From positions 1 to 64,000 of the forward strand of contig JAZURI010000001.1 in NCBI GenBank assembly GCA_045606105.1: DNA of 64,000 bases. Reading direction: 5' to 3'. This DNA comes from Spirochaetia bacterium. Its GTDB lineage: Bacteria; Spirochaetota; Spirochaetia; CADAEX01. The first letter of the stretch is position 1. Each line of letters begins with the position of its first letter. The translations under genes and the position numbers were made by a program. The notes under the pieces are model-generated. The model did no database searches. It had not been told where the DNA came from and saw nothing but the letters and a program-made list of their open reading frames with translations. Shown piece by piece: positions 9,125 to 18,127 of this stretch.

Positions 9125-9676
9125 TTATAAAGGAAAAAAAGGGCACCGGCTTCTGATACATTGCCTGTTGCTGCCGTAAAAGGTACATTTTACAGGGGCG
9201 GTTTCCAGAGGTATGCCGTACTTTTCATTCATGAAAAGAGCTGCGGTTTCCAGGGCCAGGAAAGCATTGCGCTTGCAGCATCTCGGTCCCCCTATGCCGC
9301 TCATGGCAGCCAGAACCCGGGATGTATATTCCATATGATCCTTATAGAAACTGTTGTCTGAAAGAGGTCCTGTTCCGTGAAGCACCGACATGGCGGCCCC
9401 CACCGAGGCGACAGCACCGCAGATTCCCCAGTTGCCGCAGATGGCTCCCGGGATTTTTTCTGCCTGAAGGGCCAGTTTTTCCAGAGCCTGTTCCAGGTCT
9501 GTTTCCATGCCGCTGTTCCTGCAGGCCGCAAGAAAGGCTGCTCCGTCAAGGAAATGATGTAAAGGGCCGTGGAGAGGGACAGGGTTCTTTTTCATTATGG
9601 CCTCTGCCACGGTTACCGGATTTCTTGAATCAGATTTTAGGATATCTTCGCATATTCCTGCATATTCGGTTTTCAT
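9125..9676 (-). CDS. DUF5714-like cysteine-rich protein
   Basis: HGPLHH, GAICGNWGICGA, GGPRCCKR and C-terminal C..C..CPF. Confidence 0.7.
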   Translation of the reverse strand: MKTEYAGICEDILKSDSRNPVTVAEAIMKKNPVPLHGPLHHFLDGAAFLAACRNSGMETDLEQALEKLALQAEKIPGAICGNWGICGAVASVGAAMSVLHGTGPLSDNSFYKDHMEYTSRVLAAMSGIGGPRCCKRNAFLALETAALFMNEKYGIPLETAPVKCTFYGSNRQCIRSRCPFFPL

Positions 9677-9726
9677 GATATACTATGCTCAGCATATTTT
9701 TTAAAATATGTCAATAAACCGGAATG

Positions 9727-10116
9727 TCAGGAGGGGAGAGGTCCGGTTGCTTCCACATATTTTCCAACCCACATACCGATGCACACACCAAGGAAGCAGC
9801 AGAAGAGAGAAACGGAGATATAAAGGAAAGCAATTACAATCTTCCCCTCCTGGAACAGCATGATATTTTCCATGCTGAAGGTGGAGAAGGCTGTGAGACC
9901 TCCGCAAAGACCGGTTTTAAGAAAGAGAGATATGTTCTTGCTGAGAAGAACCGAACTGAAAAACCCTATTATGAACGCACCCACAAGATTCGCAATAAGC
10001 GTGGAAAACGGGAACGCACTCTTCAAAGGAAGCAGTGTAATAAGGTATCTGACAATGGCACCTACGGCTCCGCCGCAGGCTACTGATACTATGTTAATCA
10101 TCATATTCATTTTCAA
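9727..10116 (-). CDS. crcB: Fluoride channel FluC/CrcB
   Basis: GGAVGAIVRY, TLIANLVGAF, GLCGGLTAFSTF; about 4 TM segments; exact start uncertain. Confidence 0.9.
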   Translation of the reverse strand: MKMNMMINIVSVACGGAVGAIVRYLITLLPLKSAFPFSTLIANLVGAFIIGFFSSVLLSKNISLFLKTGLCGGLTAFSTFSMENIMLFQEGKIVIAFLYISVSLFCCFLGVCIGMWVGKYVEATGPLPS

Positions 10117-10261
10117 TTATAGATTCACACGGTTTTTTCATATTGTCAAGAAAAATTTTCACTTTTTTAAAAATTATACTTTTAAAAAAGGTAGCTTTTA
10201 TTTTAGTGAGTGTAGCATTGTTTGACACAGGTGTATATTATAATAAAAACAGAGGTTAGCT

Positions 10262-11506
10262 ATGATTAATTTGCTTTTATCTATCATTATTATACTTTTG
10301 GTTCTGAATATTGTGCTTGTAATCACGTTAAACGGGAAAAGCAGGGGTGAAAAAAAGCTCTTGCTCATCGGAGAAAAACTGGACATTCTCTCCGCAGTAC
10401 TCCGGGAGGAGCTTGAAAGAAACAGACGCAGCATTTCGGAGTCGGGACGGGAGGCCAGAGCTGAAAACCGGGAGACTCTTCTGGGGTTCATGAATACCCT
10501 TTCGGACCGTTTTGATGCCCTTACCGACCGGATGCAGGAGAGTCTGGCCATGCAGCAGAAAATTGTTCAGGCTTCAATGAAGGAAATTCGTGAAAGCAAC
10601 GAGAAGAAGCTGGAGGAGATGAGGATTACCGTGGATGAAAAGCTTCAGTCCACCCTGGAAAAACGGCTGAACAGCTCATTTGAGCTGGTTGGAAAGCAGC
10701 TGGAGGCAGTTCAGAAAGGGCTTGGTGAAATGCAGACCCTTGCCGGAGATGTGGGCGGTCTCAAGCGGGCTCTTACAAATGTGAAAACTGCAGGGGGTAT
10801 AGGAGAGGTTCAGCTGGAGGCGCTGCTTGCCCATATCCTTTCTCCGGACCAGTATGAAAAGAATGTCCATCCGAATCCGTCAAAAAGCGGAAAGGTGGTG
10901 GAATTTGCTGTTCTGCTTCCGGACAAGGAGACAGAGCGGAAATTCATATATCTTCCTGTAGATTCCAAATATCCGGCCACAGTCTGGGATAACCTGACCC
11001 TTGCATATGAGCAGGGAGACAAGGAGGCCATAGAGCAGTACAGAAAGGCATTGGTACGGGATATAAAGAGCTTTGCCAAGGATATAAAGGAAAAATATAT
11101 AGAAGTTCCGTATACTACCGATTTCGGTGTCATGTTTATCCCTTTTGAGGGACTTTTTTCGGAAATTATCAGGATTCCGGGGCTGGTTCAGCAGATTCAG
11201 GATGAATTCAAGGTGGCTGTTGCAGGGCCGACAACCCTTACCGCCTTCCTCAACAGCCTTCAGATGGGCTTCCGTACCCTGGCCATAAGAAAGGAGTCCT
11301 CCAGGATATGGGAACTGCTGGGTGCAGTACGGTCTGAATTCGGTAAATTCGGTGATATTCTGGCTGCTACCAGGAAGAAGCTTGATGCTGCCTCAGGTGA
11401 AATCGAGAAGGCAGAAAACAGAACCAGGCAGATTGAAAAGAAGCTTGATAAGCTGGACAGCATGGAAGTCCTTGCTGCCCCGCCTGAAAATCACATAAGC
11501 TTCTGA
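10262..11506 (+). CDS. rmuC: DNA recombination protein RmuC
   Basis: N-terminal TM, coiled coil, GEVQLE, LPVDSKYP, TTDFGVMFIPFEGL, GPTTL. Confidence 0.93.
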   Translation: MINLLLSIIIILLVLNIVLVITLNGKSRGEKKLLLIGEKLDILSAVLREELERNRRSISESGREARAENRETLLGFMNTLSDRFDALTDRMQESLAMQQKIVQASMKEIRESNEKKLEEMRITVDEKLQSTLEKRLNSSFELVGKQLEAVQKGLGEMQTLAGDVGGLKRALTNVKTAGGIGEVQLEALLAHILSPDQYEKNVHPNPSKSGKVVEFAVLLPDKETERKFIYLPVDSKYPATVWDNLTLAYEQGDKEAIEQYRKALVRDIKSFAKDIKEKYIEVPYTTDFGVMFIPFEGLFSEIIRIPGLVQQIQDEFKVAVAGPTTLTAFLNSLQMGFRTLAIRKESSRIWELLGAVRSEFGKFGDILAATRKKLDAASGEIEKAENRTRQIEKKLDKLDSMEVLAAPPENHISF

Positions 11507-12048
11507 CCGTCGGAGAAGGCCTTGCCTACAATCTTTCCCAGACCGATATAGGTCTTGTTGACTGTATCGTAGGTTATGGCCTTCAGTTTGGACGGATCTA
11601 TTTTCCCCTCTGTCAGGATACTCTCCTCAGCCAATATATTTACGATACGTCCTACAGCCTGTTCGGTTTCATCGTCATAGCTGACTAATTCGCACTCCAG
11701 TGTCATCGGCAACTGGGAAATTACCGGTGCATCCACAAAGCTGCTTTTTTCGGCAGTAAATCCCGCCCTTTTTACCTTATCAGGCACCTTACGGGCCGAA
11801 ACTATTCCTACATAATCACAGGCTGTCATGTTTGCTTCATCAGCAACAGCTACAGTGAAAGCCTTGTGAAGCTTTATATTTGCCACAGTCTTGTGCCCCT
11901 TGTCCAGGCAGATGCAGACCATGTTTTCGTTGAAGATACCGCCCCAGGCTGCAGTCATAAGGTCAGGCTCGTTGTTTTCATCGTAGGAGCCTACCATCAG
12001 AACAGGCATGGGATAAAGGATGGTTTTCTTTCCGAGATTGATTTTCAT
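11491..12048 (-). CDS. Flavin reductase family protein (flavoredoxin-like)
   Basis: LYPMPVLMVGSYD, MTAAWGG, DYVGIVS, GKAFSDG. Start ATG 12048. Confidence 0.85.
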   Translation of the reverse strand: MKINLGKKTILYPMPVLMVGSYDENNEPDLMTAAWGGIFNENMVCICLDKGHKTVANIKLHKAFTVAVADEANMTACDYVGIVSARKVPDKVKRAGFTAEKSSFVDAPVISQLPMTLECELVSYDDETEQAVGRIVNILAEESILTEGKIDPSKLKAITYDTVNKTYIGLGKIVGKAFSDGQKLM

Positions 12049-12117
12049 TGTTCCTCCTGAAAAAAATATACCATGAAATTTGACTTTGTGAAAAATTTTT
12101 ATTATTTTTCGTGGACA

Positions 12118-12136
12118 TGTGTCATTATTTGACACA
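12118..12136. promoter_or_regulatory. Inverted repeat TGTGTCA-N5-TGACACA, putative TF binding site
   Basis: Perfect 7-bp arms between divergent genes; contains TTGACA. Confidence 0.5.
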
Positions 12137-12209
12137 GGCGTTGCTTTATTATCTATGTAGGATGGGGAGAAATGCCCCTGCAACTGAAACTGAACTGAAA
12201 GGAGAGACT

Positions 12210-12526
12210 ATGAGTTATTACCATGTTGAGGCAAAGATGGGACATGTAGGGAAAGGGCGTTACTTTAAGGGGAATCTCTATATCTGGGCCGAAAACGGCA
12301 GGGAAGCTGCCACCAAAGCCAGAAACTGTCCGAGAGTCAAGCATGACCGTAAGGATGCCATAATCAGTGTCAGGGCAATCAGCGAGGATGAATACATGAA
12401 AGGAAGCCCAGGAAAAAGCATTCCATGAAGCCGGCAGAGGTGGACGACATTATGTTTGATTACGATTCCGAGCTCTTCATGATGCGGAACGTGGATCTGT
12501 CACAGCTGGGATTTGCCGTTGCGTGA
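12210..12526 (+). pseudogene. Small hypothetical protein, probably frameshifted or internally deleted (ORFs 12210-12428 and 12425-12526)
   Basis: RBS GGAG before ATG 12210. MGHVG..PRVKH..AI..V..I..EY is followed by an open second frame (RKPRKKHSMKPAEVDD...FAVA*) and then a terminator-like hairpin. Confidence 0.45.
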
Positions 12527-12754
12527 TTCCGAAGAAGCCTGTTGAAAAACAGGTTGTTTTTATTTGTTATTATTGTGTGTATGTTTGCCGGTTATGGCGG
12601 AAATATTTACAGAATCGGTTTCAGAATTCCTCAAGAAGCAAAAAACTACAAAGATTTCTGTAAAAAAATAATGATATCCGAGGAGAGCCTCCGTAATTCA
12701 CTTTTTCTGCAATAAAAACTTGACTTCCGTTCCTGCCGTTATTATTTTTTAAAT

Positions 12755-12850
12755 AACAAAAGGGGAGTAGTTACTTCCGCAGAATCAACAGCCGATTCGA
12801 AAGAGTCTGGTTCTGCGGCTTCAATTTTGGAGAAACAAGACCTTTTGCCT
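12755..12850 (+). ncRNA. yybP-ykoY (Mn2+-sensing) riboswitch
   Basis: AAAGGGGAGUAG 5' motif, UCAACA...CUGG, 3' AAGACCUUUUG. P1 is CAAAAGG/CCUUUUG. Putative promoter TTGACT-17-TATTTT at 12720-12748. Confidence 0.8.
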
Positions 12851-12894
12851 GATTGTTCCGGTTTTCGGAAGTTTGGGCAAAGGGTCTTTTTTTT
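12837..12894 (+). terminator. Riboswitch expression-platform intrinsic terminator
   Basis: AAGACCTTTTGCC...GGCAAAGGGTCTT followed by a T-tract; shares the 3' strand of aptamer P1. Confidence 0.8.
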
Positions 12895-12913
12895 GATTGA
12901 TCGGGAGGTTTTT

Positions 12914-14026
12914 ATGGAGCATCTGTTAACAATGACCTGGCAGCAGTTTGCCATGTTCGGTATCGGCGGTCTGCTTATTTATCTGGCTATTGCAAAGGAT
13001 TACGAGCCCATGCTTCTTCTTCCCATCGGGTTCGGTACCATTCTGGTAAACCTTCCTCTTTCGGTGGTTCTGGGTTCTGCCGATCATCCCGGTGCCCTTA
13101 AGCTTCTTTTCGACTACGGTATAATGACCGAGCTTTTCCCTCTGCTGATATTTATCGGCGTAGGTGCCATGATTGATTTCCGCCCTTTCCTGAAGCGCCC
13201 CTGGCTTATTGTTTTCGGGTTGGTGGCTCACTGCGGTATTTTCATTGCAGCGGCGGTTGCCTACTTTGTTTTCGGCTTCAATATAAAGGATGCCCTCAGT
13301 ATCGGTACTATCGGAGCTGCCGACGGTCCTACCGCAATTCTCGTTGCCGGCCGGCATGCAAGAGATCTCCTGGGACCTATTACCGTGGTTGCCTACTCCT
13401 ACATGAGCCTTGTTCCCATTATCATGCCTCCCGTTATCAGGATGCTTACAACAAGGAAGGAAAGATTGATGAGAATCGAGGGCGAGGATTCAGATATTCC
13501 CCGTATTGTGGTAATTCTTTTCCCTATATTGGTTACTCTGGCAGTAAGCCTCCTTATTCCTGCGGCCGCGGCTCTTATCGGATTCCTCATGTTCGGAAAC
13601 CTGATACGGGAAAGCGGTGTCATGGAAAAGCTTTCCAGGGCGGCACAGAATGAGCTTTCAAATATTGTTACTCTGCTGCTGGGTATCAGTGTGGCTGCCG
13701 GCATGACTGCTGACAAGTTCCTTACTCTCCAGACTCTTTTAATCATGCTTCTGGGATTGATAGCCTTTATCGGTGATACTGCAGCCGGCGTTCTTTTTGC
13801 CAAGTTCATGAACCTTTTCCTGAAGAAGGGAAAAAAGATAAATCCTATGATAGGTGCCTGCGGTATCTCGGCATTCCCGATGGCCAGCCGTGTGGTTCAG
13901 AAGCTGGCTTTTGAGGAAGATAAGCATAATTATATTCTCATGCATGCAATATGTGCCAATGTATCGGGGCAGATAGGTTCCCTGATAATCGGCGGTCTTA
14001 TACTCGGTTACCTTGCCGGAATCTGA
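12914..14026 (+). CDS. oadB: Sodium ion-translocating decarboxylase beta subunit (OadB/GcdB/MmdB family)
   Basis: EPMLLLPIGFG, FPLLIFIGVGAMIDF, IGAADGPT, AYSYMSLVP, SAFPMASR. RBS GGAGG before ATG 12914. Confidence 0.92.
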   Translation: MEHLLTMTWQQFAMFGIGGLLIYLAIAKDYEPMLLLPIGFGTILVNLPLSVVLGSADHPGALKLLFDYGIMTELFPLLIFIGVGAMIDFRPFLKRPWLIVFGLVAHCGIFIAAAVAYFVFGFNIKDALSIGTIGAADGPTAILVAGRHARDLLGPITVVAYSYMSLVPIIMPPVIRMLTTRKERLMRIEGEDSDIPRIVVILFPILVTLAVSLLIPAAAALIGFLMFGNLIRESGVMEKLSRAAQNELSNIVTLLLGISVAAGMTADKFLTLQTLLIMLLGLIAFIGDTAAGVLFAKFMNLFLKKGKKINPMIGACGISAFPMASRVVQKLAFEEDKHNYILMHAICANVSGQIGSLIIGGLILGYLAGI

Positions 14027-14054
14027 TTTTTTACCTTGCCAAATTTCTCCTTTG

Positions 14055-14084
14055 CCGTCCGGTCTCCCGGACGGTTTTTTATTT
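14055..14084 (+). terminator. Intrinsic terminator
   Basis: CCGTCCGG-TCTC-CCGGACGG followed by a T-tract. Confidence 0.8.
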
Positions 14085-14156
14085 CCTGTCACCAAAAATG
14101 AATTCTTGTCGTAAATATCGGCAGAATATGTTATAATAAACAAATAGGGATTTATA

Positions 14157-16724
14157 ATGCTGCCTGGAAATTGTCGTATATTTCTTGTATCGGACAGAAA
14201 TGAATTTGTAGAAAAAACAGCCTCAATAAAAGATATTCGATTCGATGCAATAAAGAAGAAATATTTAATTACTTTTTATTCTTCTCCTAATAAGATTTAC
14301 ACTTATTCGAAGGAAAAAGTGTCCATTTTATGTGATAAGCAAGAAGAAAAAGAATCAGAAAATCAGATATATAATTATCTTAAATCAATAGCAGACTTCA
14401 GTGAAATAAAAAATGAGTTGGGAGAAAGTCTTCTTTCAAAATTTTTTATGAATTACAATTCTGTTAATGAAAAATCCATACTGATGAATTATATAAATCC
14501 ATCACGACGACCGAGAAAAGAGTTTTGCATAAATGATCCTATTTTTCCATTTGGCTGCAATAACAGCCAGTATCGGGCGGTAAAAACAGCATTATCTGAA
14601 TCTATCAGCATTATTCAGGGACCTCCCGGAACAGGAAAAACTCAAACTATATTAAATATTATAGCAAATATCCTTATCTGTAATAAAAGAGTACTGGTAG
14701 TTTCCAATAATAATTCCGCAACAAAAAATATCATGGAAAAACTTTCATCAGAAAAGTATGGACTTGATTTTCTATGTGCTTTTCTTGGTAAAAAAGAAAA
14801 TAAGGAAGATTTTCTGGGCAGGCAGACCGGAAGATATCCTTCCTATCTGGAGAGTTGGGGTTGTCAAAATGTAAATGTCATTGAGCATCAGCAAAAACTT
14901 GAAAAGTTAAAATCTTTTTTTTATATTACTGAAGAAATATCTGCTCTCAGACAGGAGCTTTCTGATATAGAAACCGAAATTAAACATTATAATCTGACAA
15001 ATAAAACAGATACTTCCAGTCAAAATCTGAAAAATTTTACATCTGAAAATATTATGAATATAAAGCAGAAAATCGGATACAGATTTTCTGATAAAAGAAA
15101 GATTTCCGGATTTTGTAAATTTATTCTTTTGCTTAGGTATGGATTAGGAACATTTAAGTTCTGGAAAACCTCCGATGAAGATATTATGAATATGTTGGAA
15201 TTTGCTTTTTATGAAGCAAAGAAAAAGGAACTGGAAGCAGAAATTGAAAAAAAACTTTATTTTGCAGAAAGTTTTGATCCACAATCGGTATATGACGAAT
15301 CTCTGGCTATTCTGAAAAATCATATTTATAAACGGTATGAAAATAAAAAAGAACGATGCATATTGAAAAAAGTCAGTTCGCAGACTGATTTTGCTGTTCT
15401 GCACAGAGAATATCCTATAATTTTAAGCACAACATTTTCATCCCGAAATTGCATGCCTTTTTTTAACAGAGATTTTCTTTATGATTACCTTATTGTTGAT
15501 GAGGCCTCGCAGGTTGACATAGTAACCGGGGCATTGGCATGTTCTTGTGCAAAAAATGTGGTTATTGTGGGTGATAAAGCCCAGTTGCCGAATGTTGTAG
15601 ATGATTATACCGCCAGGATGACACAGGAAGCTCTTCATAAATTTGGTTTAGGTGATGGATACAGTTTTAAAAATAGTTTTCTGGAATCTGTTGAAAAAGT
15701 ATTAACTTATGTTCCTCAGACTATGCTTCGGGAACATTATCGATGTCATCCGAAGATAATCAATTTCTGTAATCAAAAATTTTATGACAATCAGCTTATT
15801 GTTATGACTGAAGATAAGGGGGAAAAGGATGTTCTTAATGTTCTGAGAACAGTTCCCGGTAATCATTGTTCAGATTCTTATAATCAAAGACAGATTGATG
15901 TTATAAAAGAGGAAATTCTGCCGGATCTGAAGAATACAGAACCTGAAAATATTGGCATTGTGACACCTTATAATAATCAGGAAAACAGATTGAATCAGGC
16001 TTTTAAAGACATAGATTCGTCAACTGTACACAAATTTCAGGGGCGTGAAAAGGATACCATCATTATTTCAACGGTAGATAACGAAATTACCCCTTTTGCT
16101 GATAATGCAAATTTATTTAATGTGGCAGTATCCCGTGCAAAAAAACAACTTTACATTGTTATTTCAGGAAACGATCAGCCCGAAAATACCAATATAATGT
16201 CTTTGGTTTCATATATTGAATACAATAACTGTGTTATAAAGGAAAGTGGTGTAAGATCTGTTTTTGATTATCTGTATAAACAATATTCAGATCAGAAATT
16301 CCATTTCCTAAAGGATAAAAAGAAAATTTCGGAATATGATTCAGAAAACATTATATTCAATGTTCTGGAAGATATTTTCAAAGAAAAAGAATTTTCCCAT
16401 CTTTCTTCCATCTTTGAATTTCCTCTAAAAAATATTTTGGTTTCTGAAAAATTTTGTAATCTTGAAGATAAAGTGAAAAAATATGCTTTAAATATTTTTA
16501 CTCATATTGATTTTGCTGTTTACAGAAAGCTTGATAAGAAACTGCTTGGTGCAATAGAGGTGGATGGATACAGTTATCATAAAGAAGGATCGCAACAGGC
16601 AGAACGGGATAGAATGAAGAATCATATTTTTGAATTACATGAAATACCGTATCTCAGAATCTCTACCAAATCATCCGGAATTCAGGAAAAAATAAAAAGC
16701 TGGTTAAGAGAAATAACGAAATAA
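14157..16724 (+). CDS. UPF1/DNA2-NAM7-like SF1 helicase with C-terminal DUF2726-like nuclease-fold domain
   Basis: IQGPPGTGKT, DEASQ, VGDKAQL, EHYRCHP, TVHKFQGREKD, NVAVSRAK; C-terminal HIDF...AIEVDG..H...RD..K; AT-rich. Confidence 0.88.
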   Translation: MLPGNCRIFLVSDRNEFVEKTASIKDIRFDAIKKKYLITFYSSPNKIYTYSKEKVSILCDKQEEKESENQIYNYLKSIADFSEIKNELGESLLSKFFMNYNSVNEKSILMNYINPSRRPRKEFCINDPIFPFGCNNSQYRAVKTALSESISIIQGPPGTGKTQTILNIIANILICNKRVLVVSNNNSATKNIMEKLSSEKYGLDFLCAFLGKKENKEDFLGRQTGRYPSYLESWGCQNVNVIEHQQKLEKLKSFFYITEEISALRQELSDIETEIKHYNLTNKTDTSSQNLKNFTSENIMNIKQKIGYRFSDKRKISGFCKFILLLRYGLGTFKFWKTSDEDIMNMLEFAFYEAKKKELEAEIEKKLYFAESFDPQSVYDESLAILKNHIYKRYENKKERCILKKVSSQTDFAVLHREYPIILSTTFSSRNCMPFFNRDFLYDYLIVDEASQVDIVTGALACSCAKNVVIVGDKAQLPNVVDDYTARMTQEALHKFGLGDGYSFKNSFLESVEKVLTYVPQTMLREHYRCHPKIINFCNQKFYDNQLIVMTEDKGEKDVLNVLRTVPGNHCSDSYNQRQIDVIKEEILPDLKNTEPENIGIVTPYNNQENRLNQAFKDIDSSTVHKFQGREKDTIIISTVDNEITPFADNANLFNVAVSRAKKQLYIVISGNDQPENTNIMSLVSYIEYNNCVIKESGVRSVFDYLYKQYSDQKFHFLKDKKKISEYDSENIIFNVLEDIFKEKEFSHLSSIFEFPLKNILVSEKFCNLEDKVKKYALNIFTHIDFAVYRKLDKKLLGAIEVDGYSYHKEGSQQAERDRMKNHIFELHEIPYLRISTKSSGIQEKIKSWLREITK

Positions 16725-16816
16725 AAACGCTTTCCGGTATTCAGGCTTCCAAAAGCGTAAAATCATACGATTTTTGTTCTACAGATTAATAGTATATCTG
16801 ATTTGTTCTCAGATTG

Positions 16817-17296
16817 TCAGTAGATTTGCCGGTTGCTTCCGGAATATTCCTCAAAGAGCCTGATGCAATCTTCCCTGTTCAGCTGTGTCAGGTTGAGCAG
16901 GTTCCTGTCTTCACGGCTGTTTCTGAGGTCAACTATAAAATTGTATATAAAGTCGTCACGGAACCCGATGGCATCAGCATCTTCCGGTGTGCATCCGAAA
17001 TATACGGTTTTTATGTTTGCCCAGATTATGGCACTGAGGCACATGGGACAGGGATATCCGGTTGCGTACAGCTCGCAGTCTGAAAGATCGTGGGTGCCCA
17101 GGATTTTTCCCGCCTCCCTTATGGCATTTATCTCGGCATGGGCTGTGGGATCCTTGTCCTGCAGCACGGAATTGGAGGTAACGCATATGATTTTTTCATC
17201 CTTTGTTATTGCGGCGCCGAAAGGGCCCCCTTTTCCCTCTGCTGCGGTTTTCAGGGCCTGCTGAACTGCCATATACATGATTTCTGATTTGTCCAT
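16817..17296 (-). CDS. guaD: Zn-dependent nucleoside/guanine deaminase
   Basis: GGPFGA, DPTAHAE, PCPMC, GFRDDFIY. Confidence 0.8.
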   Translation of the reverse strand: MDKSEIMYMAVQQALKTAAEGKGGPFGAAITKDEKIICVTSNSVLQDKDPTAHAEINAIREAGKILGTHDLSDCELYATGYPCPMCLSAIIWANIKTVYFGCTPEDADAIGFRDDFIYNFIVDLRNSREDRNLLNLTQLNREDCIRLFEEYSGSNRQIY

Positions 17297-17431
17297 ATCT
17301 GTATTATACCGTTAAACTTCCATAAAACCAACAAGAAAATTTTATCGGAAGATGTTTACTTCCATGAATGTTTTTTTTTATATTTTATATGTAAAAATTA
17401 GTTTATACTAATTATCAGACGGAGGTTTTTT

Positions 17432-18109
17432 ATGAAAATGAAGTCAATTTTAACACTACTTATTACATGCTGCATGATTTTTGCATTTGCAGGTTGTGAC
17501 AGCGACAGCAGTTCTGCCGGTGGTCCGGATCTCTCCGGTCAGCATTTAGGTTGGATCATGTACAGTGACGGAACATATACTCAGGAATACGATAGCTCTA
17601 AGACAGCAATCGGTATTATCGTGGAGTGTGATGACGATACAGGTGCTCCTGAAAAGATTCTCTCCCACAAAATGGGTACTGCATGCGCATGGGCTATTGA
17701 CTGGGGAGCAACTCATAACTGCGGTACAAAAACAGATGACGGTGAATATAACCTGGCTATAATTCAGCAACTTATCTTGAATACCAGTGAAAGTATGACT
17801 ATATTCCCTGTTTTCAATACTGCATACAATTGGGCCGATCCTGTTCCGGATGGATGGGAAAAGTGGTATGTTCCTGCATCGGAAGACTTTTTAAAAATTA
17901 CATTGAACTATGAAAAAATAACTGCAGCACTGGATAAATTCGGCTCTATGTCCGGGCTGGTTGATTTCTCCCAGGAATTCTGGACATCATCACAATCTGG
18001 ATCTACTACTGCATATAAAGTGAGCGTTGACGGCGGAGCTTACAACATAAGTTCTTCTGCAAAGACAGAGTCATATAATGCTGTTTTTATGACAGAGATC
18101 TGCGACTGA
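17432..18109 (+). CDS. Lipoprotein with probable C-type-lectin-like (DUF1566-like) domain
   Basis: Lipobox FAFAGC, Ser-rich linker, WYVPA..D, FWTSSQ. Confidence 0.6.
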   Translation: MKMKSILTLLITCCMIFAFAGCDSDSSSAGGPDLSGQHLGWIMYSDGTYTQEYDSSKTAIGIIVECDDDTGAPEKILSHKMGTACAWAIDWGATHNCGTKTDDGEYNLAIIQQLILNTSESMTIFPVFNTAYNWADPVPDGWEKWYVPASEDFLKITLNYEKITAALDKFGSMSGLVDFSQEFWTSSQSGSTTAYKVSVDGGAYNISSSAKTESYNAVFMTEICD

Positions 18110-18127
18110 TTTCTGTTGTTGAGCTTT

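Noticed and set aside
9125-9676. DUF5714-like gene as part of the defence island
   Set aside because: It lies beyond the compositional boundary and has host-like GC.
10117-10260. Fluoride riboswitch upstream of crcB
   Set aside because: The region is AT-rich and I could not find the GGxGAUGG...CGCC pseudoknot core on the minus strand.
12827-12913. 5' extensions in the ORF track (oadB, flavin reductase, MFS, rsmI, M20 peptidase, MBL hydrolase, HTH at 8987)
   Set aside because: They run through terminators, riboswitch or neighbouring genes; downstream ATGs with RBS and family-typical N-termini fit better.
16817-17296. Deaminase as a defence partner of the adjacent helicase
   Set aside because: It is convergent, host-like in composition and has typical guanine-deaminase motifs.
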